The position numbers and the translations under genes were made by a program. Below the pieces are notes generated by a model. That model was not told the DNA's origin. It searched no databases and saw only the letters and a program-made list of their open reading frames with translations. Below are positions 22,254-34,266 of a stretch of DNA of 64,000 nt, piece by piece. The DNA comes from Lepidodermella squamata (lineage: Eukaryota; Animalia; Gastrotricha), in contig JBLDXI010000042.1 in the NCBI GenBank assembly GCA_047495785.1, positions 4,836,001-4,900,000 on the forward strand. Reading direction: 5' to 3'. Numbering within the stretch: position 1 is the stretch's first letter; each line of letters starts with the position of its first letter.

Positions 22254-23039
22254 TTCACGAGCAGAAAAGTTATTATGTTGATGTTTCTCTGAAAAATTGT
22301 ACCCAAAAGCAACAGCTGTAGAGATAAGATATCTCACACTTGTTTGCTTCTCGGGACTCGAGATTTAAAATCTGTAAACATAAAACATTCGGCACCAAGT
22401 TCTACCGAATATTGGCAGATGAGGGAAGCTTATTAGGAGCCCTTACAACTAGCTCTGTGGTATCAGCGAATGACCATATATTATTCTAGAGCTAGAAAAA
22501 ACTGTTTGAAGTCAGTTGGATGTACATATCGGTTTTCTTGAAGCTTGAAGATGACGTGTTAATTTGGCGGATGAGAGCTGCGGATCGAATCAAACCAACA
22601 TAATTTTCATGTCCCAAAACCGGTTTGCAAACTGTTGGCATCCAGATGAAAGACAACTCTCTGTCAAAAGAAGACACCACGGAAAAGCAAGCAAGTATTC
22701 CGGTTCAAGAAAATCAGAAACAATTAATAAAAATATTTGAAATTTCCAGGTTCCATGGCGATTGAATATATTCACCATTAACACCATATATGGAATAATG
22801 GGGTGGCGATTCCCAATGCCTGAGAAAAACTTGGTATTATTCAAATACTCTTAATTTTGAAAAAAATAGTCGGAGGTGCACATGGTCCAGTGTAGGTTTT
22901 ATTGAACCGCGCAGAAAAATAAAATAGCTCACAATTATATTACACAAATAGCGCCATGAAAATTATGCTCTTTGCCCCCCGTGCTATAACCCACTTTTTG
23001 CTGAATTCGAAAATAGTGGATTTTTGAAAGCGATGTTTA

Positions 23040-23515
23040 GGGGGTCTAAATAATTCCACAACTAAAAATGAGGTTCCAGCACTAAATTTACCGGGTCCCC
23101 CACAGAGTAGCAGGCTTCAAATAAAGCAGAGAGCAACAAATGGTGCAAACTTCAGACCAAATGGCTTCAAAGCACTCCCATAAAAAAAGTAAAATAAAGT
23201 ATTAAGCAATGATCACCATGTTTTGGAATTAATACTATTATTTTACTTTGAAGCCATTTTTTAATTTTGCTTTGAGGTCATGGTGCTTTGAAGCTTTTGC
23301 TTTGAAGCCTGTTACTAAATTTTCCCTACTTTGTAGGGGACCCAATTTACCCGTCCTGGCACTAAATTGTTCGGTTTTTGATCGATACTTTTTTATTTTA
23401 GCTACATGGTGCCCTAAACTACATAGAAAAATTATCGATGTTGCGTACCAAGACGGCTGATATCGGGAAAATCACTGATATGTAAAATCAATACTTTGAA
23501 TCGGTATCGGCTCTA
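23040..23515. repeat. Dispersed repeat (inverted homolog at ~28420-28680) hosting a nested MITE
   Basis: Reverse-complement homology, e.g. ATCGATAATTTTTCTA(C/T)GTAG(C/T)TTAGGGCACCA(G/T)GTAGCTAAAATAAAAAAG. Confidence 0.7.
23093..23343. mobile_element. 251-bp MITE with 18-bp imperfect TIRs and 8-bp TSD
   Basis: TIR GGGTCCCCCACAGAGTAG / CTACTTTGTAGGGGACCC; TSD AATTTACC (23085-23092, 23344-23351); absent from the homologous repeat at ~28620. Confidence 0.8.
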
Positions 23516-23873
23516 TGGGATAAAAAAATATTATTCGTAAACAGACCGCTCATAGCGCGAAATACGCGTTATATGAAGGTCTATCGGTTAGGCATGACAG
23601 CACACAATTTGGGATTCTAGTGAAGACTTTAAATTCGAATTTAGGGGAAATATAGTTCAAGGATGATTTATTTCAAGTTTCAAGTTTATTTAGTTTAAAA
23701 ATGACATTCGGCGGCAAAATCGACAATCAAAGGAAAACAGAAGACTAATAACTTTTTGCATTGTAAATTACATCATCTATCAATGGAGAGTAGTAGTGGA
23801 AAAATCATTATTTTGATCAAGTTCAATAGTTATAGCTCCCTTCGCTTCGCAACGTTAGCTTAAAGAGGCCACT

Positions 23874-25693
23874 CTACCTCGTAAAAAGCTTCAGTGCCCC
23901 AAGTAAAGCGGCAGTGCAGGCGCCGACAACAGTGACTAGCGACCAATTTTCAGTAAGCTTGCGACATGCCTTCTCAAGGGCTGGCTGGCATTGCGATCGG
24001 AAAAAATCAGCCATTCTACGAAAAAGGTCCCGCTTGCGCTGGGCACTAGCTGCATCCTCAGGCTTCGGATTTCCATCCTCGGATTGCCCATCGCTCGCGC
24101 TGCCGCTCAAGGTGGCTTGATATTCAGCTGCCAGAGCAGGTGGCAGCAATTCAAGAACCTTGGCTTGGTTTTCAAGGATGAATTGCTTGGTTTGAATCTC
24201 CGCTTTTCGCTTGCTTCGATTGTAAATTCGAATAAGAGATTTGCAGCAGTTTTGAAGATGCGTTGCCGTTGCATTACTAATCTTACCTGTAATAAAATAA
24301 AGCAAAATGATTGCAAAGAAGCTATATTACGTCTGTATACAGCCCAGAAAAGTTGCGCAACTAATTTCTAGTTTGGCAACTTTTTTAAGGAAATTCGACT
24401 AATTTTTTTAATAAAACGTACCGAGAGAAAATTCCACCTTTTATCCGCGATGTTTATTATTATTATTATTATATTTCGAAAAATATACTTATTCATGAAA
24501 AAAAATATGTTGGTACAAAATTCGAGGGAACAGAAGGGCACGCAGGCCACTAACTCTGAACCGTTGAATTAACCGAAGACATAAAAAATTTACCCCGGAA
24601 TACCCAGAAACCCCCGATGATAACTGGTTCGGTAATTTTCGGTATTTTACCCGGTTGGAACAAATTTCTCCGGATTATTTAATCCCATGTGACAAGTGAC
24701 ATACTTTAGTACTATTCTCGTGATATTTTGAATTTTTCAAAACAATTTCTGGCCTTGAGATGTGACTTCGTCTCTCCTTTCAGTGTTTCTCGTAATACAT
24801 AGTTTACCGCAGTTTTACGAGTCTTTCACAGCAAAACTTCGTAAAACTTCGTAAAAACACGCCAAGAAAAAATTGCGGTAAAAACACGGCAAAAATAAAA
24901 TGAGTAAAATTAAAAGAAATCTCAAGCAAAACTGCGGTAAAAATATTACGGTAAAATAATTTTGCCGTCTTTTTGCTGCAGCTTTGCTTGTATTTTTACC
25001 AATTTTTTCCGCCAGGTTTCAGTTTAGGCTACGTCTGCGGTAAATTTGGACGTGCTGAATTTTGTCATCGCCTGTCAATAAAACCGTGCATATGCTAATG
25101 AGGTAACCCTGATGTCCAATTTTACCCATGCTATCTCGAATATTTTTATAAAATCAATGTAAAATGTGAAAATTCACTAGTTTTTCCACAGGCATTGAAA
25201 ATCGCAACTGCCTTATATGCCGTAAGCCCTGGAAATTTTGCATTTACAAAATTTTACCTATCAGGAATCAGGAAATTTCTGAAATTCCTATTCCCTATGA
25301 ATTTTAAAATTAAAATTAAAATTCGAATTTTTTATCATTTTATCCTGATTTTATTGACAGTCTCCTATAGACTATAAGCGTGTTTGATGACAAAACTTTG
25401 CTACCTGAGCTTGTGGCTGCCTGAATCAGGCTGCTGACGCCGTTTATCGCGTCCTTGACCGTTTCCCAGTTGTCAAGGCTTTCGTCCCGCAGCATCTCGT
25501 CCTCGTGGCTCAGGTTTCGTAGGCGGCTCAGCAAGTTGATGTAATGGGCGGTTGTTCTCAAACACGCTGGAATAACGCTTTCAATTCGCTGACACATGGC
25601 TGTTAATTGAACAGATGGATCGCCTTCTTCCACGGGTGGTTGAAGTAGATCAGCTATTTCTGTAGACGGGAAATCGGCGTTGTTCATCGACAT
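23874..25693 (-). CDS. Unknown helical protein with C-terminal hydrophobic tail, paralog 1
   Basis: Two exons 25693-25405 and 24286-23874 (phase-1 GT-AG intron); clear homology to paralogs 2 and 3; ends WSLVTVVGACTAALLGALKLFTR. Confidence 0.75.
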
Positions 25694-25765
25694 TTGCGTC
25701 AGCCAAATTATAACCGGTGAAAATGTAGAAAAGATTGAGCGAATCTAGCTTCGATATCGGTTAGG

Positions 25766-25870
25766 TTATATATACCGAATCGGCATACTTTGAATAAAAT
25801 GACTAGTAATATGATTCAGCGAATATTCGAACGTAGCGCGTGCCCTGTTGTAATGTGTAACATGAATCAT
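25766..25870 (-). promoter_or_regulatory. Conserved promoter of paralog 1 (TATA, two TGA(A/T)TCA AP-1-like sites, CACGCG)
   Basis: Same motifs in the same order upstream of paralog 2 (27944-28068) and paralog 3 (31171-31285). Confidence 0.55.
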
Positions 25871-25912
25871 CGCATTCGGCCTAGTAAATCGATTTAATTT
25901 TATGAGGTATTA

Positions 25913-26364
25913 CCGTAATTTTCAGTATAAAGGCCGCGGCGAGAAATTTTCCTGTTTTTCGAGAAATGGGTCAAAATTGCGGCGATTAATCGGGTGCGGT
26001 CTTTAATCGAGTGCGGCCCTTATATTTATCTCAAGTTTCGATTTTAATAAGCAGCATGGTATTTCCCCTTAAAATTAGCTTGCAGGCGTATGCATTGAAC
26101 AGGGATCACATGATATTTGGTCTTTTTCCAACTAACATAAGGTGAATTTAATCTGTTATGTACCATACTTGAGAGCGTGTATGGAGTCTCTAAAGGGTGT
26201 CAGCGGGCGGCTTAAGGTCGCTGAGAGCTAATCGCTTGAACCGTGCGGTGATTAAACGAGTGCGGCCTTCATTAACATTCAAAGTTGGGTTTAAGGGTAA
26301 TTTTGCGGCGATTATTCAGGTGCGGCCTTTATTCGGGTAGCGGCCTTTATACTGAAAATTACGG
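25913..26364. mobile_element. Tc1/mariner-pogo-type MITE
   Basis: Perfect 25-bp TIR CCGTAATTTTCAGTATAAAGGCCGC, TA at both flanks, internal GCGGC..TAATCG.GTGCGGCC repeats; related end fragment at ~26580-26664. Confidence 0.85.
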
Positions 26365-27145
26365 TATTATTTGAAAATATTATATTCTATTCCCCAATGT
26401 AGCAGGATTGAGAGACTAAAATTGATATTTCCGAAAACCGCAAAGTTCGAAAATAGGGAAGCATCCTTTTCCGCTTAGAACCCTCAAGAAAGTGGAGATA
26501 AGGCGCCTATGACTCTTGAAATGCTCATTGATATGATCAGACTTATAAGGATAATGTAAAAGAGCGGGGGAGATACGATTTTAAAGACCGCACCCGAATA
26601 ATAGCCGCGTTCTCGACGAATGAGGATAAAAGTCACCGCGGCCCTTGTTCGAAAAAATACGGTAATTTGGTAAAAATCGTCAGGCGTAAAGCTTCGCGCC
26701 CATAATACGGCGACTTTTTGGGTGTTCCCTACTTTGCCAATGGCCAGTTGAATTTTTAGAAAATATTCGGCAAATACAGAAGTTCTTGGGCTATCGAATT
26801 CCGGTTTCCGAAAGTCCGGATGATTTTACCCGAATTTTTTCATTCATTTGTGCGATCATGTGCATGAAAAATCATGTACCGATTCGCTCAACATTTCTTG
26901 AGTTGCGTGCAAAAAATGTAGGAAGCGGCCGAAATTAGTGATTCCTGCTCTAAGTTGATATGAAAAAAATGGCAGTACGAACAGTTCACATTTCAAATTT
27001 ATTTAATATTTTAATAATGATATTGGGCAAAACTGATAATGAGAGACAAAGGAAGACAGCAAGAGGGTATGAGAATACCGACTATTTATTAACTGATTTT
27101 CCGCAAAATTAATAGGTCACACGCTTCGAGAGCCTTGACTCGCAT

Positions 27146-27892
27146 TTATTTTAATCGAAAAAGAAAATCAGCCATTCTGCGCCAAATATTTCGCTTGCAC
27201 TGAGCACCAGCTGCATCCTCGTCAGGTTTCGGATCCGCATCCTCGGACTGATTTGACGCGCTATCGCCCAAGGTGGCTTCAAATTCAGCTGCCAGATCAG
27301 GTGGCAGTATTGCATGAAGCATGGCATGGTTGTCTCGGAAAAATCGCTGGGTTTGTAGCTCCACTCTTTGCCTGTGTCGAACGTAAATTCTCATCAACGA
27401 ATTGAGGCTGTCCTGTTGAAGTTGTGCTGCCGTTGGTGTACTCATGTTACCTGTTATCAATTATAAAGCGAAATAAAAGCAAGAAAGTTGCGATCAGTCT
27501 ATATTCAAAATATAGTTGAGTCTTAGAACGGTTAGCGATGTGCGCTCATAACATCAATAGTGATAGTATTTCATCGGACATATATAAGTCAGATAAGAAT
27601 GCTTACCTGTAGTTTCGACCGCTTGAACCAGGCCGCTGACGCCGCGTATCGCGTCCTTGACAGTTTCCCAGTTGTCAAGGCTTTCGTCCCGCAGCATCTC
27701 GTCCTCGCGGCTCAGGCTTCGTAGGCGGCTCAGGAAGTCAATGTAATTGGTCGCTGTTCTCAAACACGCTGGAATAACGCTGTTGATTCGCTGAAACAGG
27801 GCTGTTAATTGAATAGACGGGTCGCCGTCTTGCGCCAATGGTTGAAGTTGATCCGCTATTTCAGCCGCTGGGAAATCATCACTATCGATCAT
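27146..27892 (-). CDS. Unknown helical protein, paralog 2 (C-terminally truncated, no hydrophobic tail)
   Basis: Exons 27892-27607 and 27450-27146; same intron position and phase as the paralogs; stop after RRMADFLFRLK. Confidence 0.7.
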
Positions 27893-28744
27893 CGAAATAT
27901 TCGACAGTCACTTAAAATGATGAAAATAATGCTTTGATATCGCTTATAAACCGAGTCGGCATTACTTTGAATAAAATGACCACACAATATGAATCAGCAA
28001 GAGCGCGTGTCTTTCAAGGCTTCTTTATTTTTTGTGGAGGCGGGAAAGCCTTTCAAAGAATGAATCATCGCATTCGACAGAAACAAAAGGGCGACGCATT
28101 TCGTTACAAGAAATATTATGATTTACTCGATTTTTTGGCTCAAAAAATGTCACAACTGGGTATTACATAATAATCTATTCAAAAATAAATGAATTCTGTC
28201 CGCTTAAAGTTTGCAGCTACAGCTTGAAATATATTTTAGCGGCAAAATTTGGTTGAAAATTTGCAATTTTCGAAAACCCCACAAGTTCAAAAATAGTGAG
28301 ATTTCGTTTTTCGAGTCCATCGAAGTCCAACTTTCAGGGAATTTCAATTTTTTTATCATGCCAATAGATATTCATATTACGTGTAATGCGCTATTAGCGG
28401 TCAGTTTATGAGTTTAACGTCAGCCGATATATCGTTTCCAAGTATCGATTTTACAAATCAGTGATTTTTTATTTTTTCGATATCAACCGTCGTGAAACCT
28501 AAAATCGATAATTTTTCTACGTAGCTTAGGGCACCAGGTAGCTAAAATAAAAAAGGCATCAGTAACGATAAAACAAAAGAAAACGCCGAAATCTCAAAGA
28601 ATTGAGAAATTAGTGCAAGAATACCTATAAATTTCGTACTGGAACATCATTTTTAGTGGTGCTAATATTTAGACCTTAATTTTATTGCGGTAATTATAAT
28701 CACTGTCTCAAACACGTTGAAATGAAAAAAGTCGAGCATTAGAG

Positions 28745-29258
28745 CCCATTAGAGCCCAACGGCATCTTTCCCTGCCACCCTATATTTAAAAAAATCCTGT
28801 AGGGTGACTACAACCCCAGGGTGTCTAAAAGGCATATCTCCGCGCTGGGAAATCTTATAAATTCGGGAAAAACGGATAAATGACCAGTGTTTCGTAGGCT
28901 TGGTGATGAGCTAGGAGCCGTTTTTTGGGACTGTCACCAAACTGCACTAAAGTGTCATCAAAATATATTTTGCACGAAGTATCACCTATGACCCAACTGA
29001 ATGCATTTCTAGATAGATCTCATCACGCTGATGAACTTTTTCTTTGAGAGCGGCTTCCTAGCTATCGCCGTTCTTGAGATAATCATCCAGGGGTGACAAA
29101 AGGTAAGGTCACGTGACAACTTGACACTGGAATATCTCAATAACGGTAGATGATAAAAATATGCGGTTTTTAGATTCTTAATCCCCTAATTTTCTCTATC
29201 AGATAAATACGTGTCAATAGGGAAAGAAAAATAAAAATATTTTCTGGGCTTTAATGGG
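28745..29258. mobile_element. Possible piggyBac-like non-autonomous element
   Basis: 14-bp TIR CCCATTAGAGCCCA / TGGGCTTTAATGGG; the expected TTAA TSD is not seen. Confidence 0.4.
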
Positions 29259-29442
29259 ACATGATTTCGAACTTCAATAAGTATTTATTTAAGTTAATAT
29301 TAATATTCGGAAAAATCGATGATTTGACAAAAGAAGAGAAAATCACAGAAATCAATGAACAGTTAGATATATTGGAAAAAATCGAAAACGAAAGATAGTT
29401 GTAAAGCCACTTAGCATCGCATAGCTTCAGACGAAGGCGACT

Positions 29443-31097
29443 CTATCGAAACCTGCCCAGCACAGCAAGCCCAGCACCGACGAGCGCGAGAAGACCGACT
29501 AATAACCAATGTTCAGCAAGTCGGTCACACGCGGTCGCAAGGCTTTCCTCGCCTATCGATCTCAAATAGTCAGCCACTCTGCGCAAGACGTTCCGCTTGT
29601 GCTCAGCATCTTCAGGTGTCGGATTCGCATCCCCGGGCTCGTTCGACGCGCCGCCCATGAAGCTGGCATGTAATTCAGCTGCTAAATCAGGCGGCAGTAT
29701 TGCCTCAAGGCTGGTTCGGTTTTCATCGAAGAATCGCCGCGTTTGAAGCTCCGCTTTTCGCCTATGTCGATCATGAATTCTCATAAACGATTCATAGCTG
29801 ATCCAAAGATTTGTTGCCGTTTGAGTGCTAATGTTACCTGTAATAAATGAAAGTGAAATTAGCCGGCCGAATTTACGTATTGCCGACAAAACTCGGGAAA
29901 AATGTCGTCAGAAAAATCACTCATCACCTAAAGTACTTGGGTATGGATTTTCGTTTTCCGAATTCGAATCTATCATCGACTGGTGATTTTTTTACTCAGA
30001 AGCTCCAGTAACCCGATGCCACCCCTTTTGATCTCACGCATGTGGAATCTTGACACATCTTTCACTTGAAAATGAGGGTAACGCAGAGCTAGGAATTTTA
30101 CAGGTGTAACCGCAAATTCTAAAAGGCCAAATTCCATGTATTTATACATAAGTTTATTCAAAATTAACCCTAACACTAACCCTAACCCTAACCCTAACCA
30201 GGAAAACCCAAAAAATTCGTGAAATAGCACATTTCATTTTTGAAAATTATGTACAAATAGGCACTTCGTTTTTATAATTTGCTGATTTTCTATTTTCTAG
30301 ACCGAATTGCGTGGTTTTGTCAGTTTTGCTTTTACAGCACTAATAGGCCGAATTTTAGTGGTAAATGGTGCTTTAATCGAGCTATGATTCATATTATAGC
30401 TTGTTGTTGTCGATGTTTTTTTTGCATTTTTTTTCGCGCTGCTCTTCGAGAAAATACGCTTTATGGCCGGATTTGCAATTCGACATTACTAAAGACTGAG
30501 CGTGTCTCTTTAGTCCAATGGCGATGAGAAAACTGTTTAATGGAGTTTGAATGGCGCCATCAAATTAAATTCAAAATTTAAAATTTAATTTAATTTAATT
30601 TAAATTTTGAATTTAAAAATAATAATTGTATGAATAGAAATTCTGCGCGTGACAATAATATAGTACATTATCTTATTTTTTTTATAAAATTGAATAACAA
30701 ATTCTCGTAAAACTTTAACTGACATCGGGCATAGTTTTGATCATCTTTTCCTGATTTTATTGACAGACTGAACATGTTTCATTTGCCAATCGCGTGATAA
30801 CAAAACTTAGCTACCTGTACTTTGGACCGTTTGAACCAGGCCGCCGACGCCGCGTATCGCGTCCTTAACCGTTTTCCAGTTGTCAAGGCTTTCGTCGCGC
30901 AGTATCTCGTCCTCGCCGCTCAGATTTCTCTCGCGGCTCAGCAAGTTGATGTATTGGTCGGTTTTCCTCAAACACGCTGGAATTACGCTTTCAAGTCGCT
31001 GACACATGGCTGTTAATTGAACAGATGGATCGCCTTCTTCCACGGGAGGTTGAATCAGGTCAGCAATTTCAACAGACGGGAAATCACCGTTGCTCAT
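29443..31097 (-). CDS. Unknown helical protein with C-terminal hydrophobic tail, paralog 3
   Basis: Exons 31097-30815 and 29837-29443; ends WLLVGLLALVGAGLAVLGRFR. Confidence 0.75.
30165..30199. repeat. Interstitial (TAACCC)n telomere-type tract
   Basis: About five imperfect TAACCC units inside the intron of paralog 3. Confidence 0.7.
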
Positions 31098-31489
31098 CGA
31101 GATTAGCGTCAGCCAAAATATAAATGATGTAAATGTAGAAATTAGTGAACAAATCTAGCTCCGATTTCACTTATAAACCGAGCCGGCGAACGCAACGAGT
31201 ATCAAATATGAATCAGCGAAAATTCGAACGAGGCGCGTGGTTTTCTACGCCACCTTGTTCTGCGGAAAAATATAAAATGAATCATCATGCAGGGGTGGCC
31301 TCGGCAGTTTCCATGATATCTTGCAAGGCATAATATGGTCTGCAAACACTGCGGTGTGAATGAAATAAAAGAAAAATAAAAAAGAAAAAACGATCAACAC
31401 AAAATTTCTAAGAATTGCGACATCCGGAGTGATGTCCCATAGTTATTATAGATTTTTTGGATATAGTGACCTAATTACCACATAGTTGG

Positions 31490-31646
31490 ATTCAGTCCCA
31501 AACACCATTGAATTCTGTACCAAATTATTCCAATCGGTTACAAGTCCCCAATTTGAAGACCCAGCCTCTAATTCTAACCCTAACCCTAACCAGATAAATA
31601 ACCGAAAAAAATGGTTGGGTATTGAATTAAATGAAATTTGGTACCG
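31490..31646. repeat. Dispersed repeat carrying TAACCC units (inverted homolog at ~42352-42515)
   Basis: Shared flanks such as GTACCAAATTATTCCAAT and GGTATTGAATTAAATGAAA in opposite orientation. Confidence 0.7.
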
Positions 31647-32159
31647 CGCCTAATAAGATTTTCCCTCGATTTTTCGTAAGAAACATCAAGGAGATCGGAT
31701 TCGCGTGAATGAAACTAGTCAAACATTACTGAATCGCGATTATGGAAAAAGCCTGCAAAAAATGGTCGATAATCTCGCTAGCCCACATAAAAAACCACTA
31801 TTATCAAGCTATTTTGCTCAGCTAGCAGTAGGTACTATAAACACTCAAATGAAGCTCTGTCAAGCAAACTTTTCAAAAGATTCACTTTTAGCTTCGAAAT
31901 ATTATTCAATATCCGGGTGGATATCATAGGTGGATAGCACGATGGATATTGGCCTGAAGGACGAGTATTCATCGCTGTCCACCGATGACACCCGGATGTG
32001 GTTGCTATCAGGCGTCGAAAATCATCAAATCCGAATAGCATGTTAAATTTTAATGGTCATATTCCCGTTTTTCTGTTTGAAAATTCTGAAAGTCGATTTT
32101 TCACTTCGAATAGGTCTTTTTTCCACAACCTGCTTTTTTCGTACCATTTTTATTCAACC

Positions 32160-32767
32160 ATGCCATTCGGCAAAATTGGGATTAATTCCCGTCGAAGGCG
32201 CATTGGAAGGCGCCCAAAGAGGCGTACCTGTCCGGGAGTCAGTAGCGTCAACGCTGAAATCACGGAGCAGATATTATCAAAACCAAATGCTCCACTATCG
32301 ATTACTGGCGACGCGAATAATGTTGAAGCGGCTGAGATGAGTTTAAAATTCAGTCCAAGAAATTCAGCGAGCAACAGGCCAAATTGTGAAAACGCGATCG
32401 AGGAGGACCCATCATCAAACGCCAAAATTCCTAGTTTTAAGTGAGAATTGCTTGAAATAAATTTCTGATATAGATTTCAAATGTTGACAGTCTTTTCGTT
32501 GCAACTGCCCAGCCGATATCTCTGAAGCTATCGAAACTCGGAACGAACGCCTTTACAGTGGAGAATTTGATCACAAAAAGCATCGCATTGTCATCAGGCG
32601 AATTCGATAAGCTGGAAAAGCCTCTCGACTTGTCCTGTCATCCCGAAAACTGCTCGCTGTGTCAGCCGAGAGGAACAGAATTTAGTCCTCTAGATTTGAC
32701 AACGGCCACATCCCGATTCAAGCCTCTCAACTCGCAACTGATTATTTCCTCAAACCTCAAACGATAA
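32160..32767 (+). CDS. Small predicted nuclear protein (185 aa) with basic N-terminus, eh1-like motif and two PxDLS-type motifs
   Basis: Exons 32160-32440 and 32491-32767 joined in frame by a 50-bp GT-AG intron; motifs RRRRIGRRPKRR, FTVENLI, PLDLS, PLDLT. Confidence 0.55.
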
Positions 32768-33392
32768 ACCAAAACCAGGGAACAGGATCAACATGGATGA
32801 TTGAATTGCTGTTGAATGATGAAGGAATGATATAGGGCCGATTTGTTTTGCTAACGATTATTTTTACTTGTGATTTCCTGTGGATTTACTTCTTGTGTAG
32901 AGTTTTACAAGTGAAAATGAAACCCTCTGAGGATCAGTGGACTTCGATCAAGCCAAAACAGTGAAACGCTCTGCATAAAGTGGGACATCGCAAGAAAAGG
33001 CAAGGTCCTAATTTTCCGTTCTCTATGCTGCAATGTTAAACTGTGAATTACAGGTAATAGCGAAATGCGAAATACGACTGCACACCGATCCAGGAATGAA
33101 AGGTATCCAGAGGTACCCCATATATATCATATAGGACCTTTCACTTGTCACCTACAGTTCACAGTCGCCCCTTTTGTCTGTTTGAAACCCTGGGTAAGCA
33201 TTGCAGAACTTCCTGAAGGTCTCCGGGTGAACAAGTATTTTACCCATTTTGTAAGGACTCTGTTGTAACAGGAGACCTGGCGAATGTACCCGATAACATT
33301 CAGGAAACCCACAAAAATGAATGAGATAACATCAATTTGTACAGATAATGATACCGCTGCCGCTGGCTGTGCTGAAAAAGAAAATTCCTCCC

Positions 33393-34266
33393 ATGAAGAT
33401 AAGCATTTTACAGTGTAAAATCGGAATGCTTTCACTTGGAATTGCCTTTTGTTTGGCGCTGCAAGCAGCATCTTGCAGGTAAGGTCCGATATACCAAGAT
33501 CCGATATACAATTTAAGAGAATCTGTTTTATAGACCGTTAACTTCCGCGAGTCCTTACTGGCCTCAGCCTAAATATCTTGTCGGATTTTGGCCATTTTCC
33601 CTACAAACTGCTTATTCCGACATTGCCTACAACATACCGCCTTACTACGTCGATGCAGGCCATACCCAAATGGCGATTCCAGGCCCGTTCGGCCAGCAAA
33701 ATACAAGCACAACAGTCTTCAGAGACAACCACTTCATCGCTCTGTATTACCAAAGCTTCAAATGGTCAAATGTCAGCGCTTTCACAATTTCATTCTACCA
33801 CTACTTCGACGCAAAAACTCGACCGGCTAACTCGTCAAATGCTGGTGGGATCCTTTCGCTAGACAACGATCGTTTCACGCCGCCTCAATTCGGTCTAAGC
33901 TATGAATTGCCGAACAAGTTGAATTTATGGGGCGGTTCAACTTATAAGAAACGCCTTGCTAGTTTCGACAATGTACTACAGGCGAATTCGTGGAATTTCC
34001 TGGCTGTTACCTACAACCAAAATCATGGCATGGTTTCGGTTTTCAATCAGGATGGCGTTGAGTTGCATTCTGTCAAAACGACATTGCCGTCCAAGGCTGA
34101 TCAAGATGCTGGGCTCTACGTCGGGCTGGTCGATTTTGGTGACAGTAATGTTCAAATGCTGCAGAGCGATGCTATATCTTGCGTTATGTTGTACAACACC
34201 ACATTGACTGCGACCGACATTCGCCAACTGCCGGCGAGCTGTGAAAAGGCACTTTCAAGCCATTAA
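33393..34266 (+). CDS. Secreted LamG/concanavalin A-like (pentraxin-fold) domain protein
   Basis: Signal-peptide exon 33393-33478 plus exon 33534-34266; motifs LVGFWPF, GPFG, FTISFY, WNFLAVTYN, ISCVMLYNTTLTATDIRQL. Confidence 0.75.

Noticed and set aside
24281-24290. CAG/GTAAGA acceptor-donor overlap resembling a recursive splice site
   Set aside because: Explained by the coding Gly-Lys junction; paralogs read GTAAC; the intron is only ~1.1 kb.
30165-30199. True telomere or chromosome fusion site
   Set aside because: Short, imperfect, intronic, with no head-to-head arrangement.
30560-30615. AT-only palindrome
   Set aside because: Low-complexity sequence; no supporting structure.
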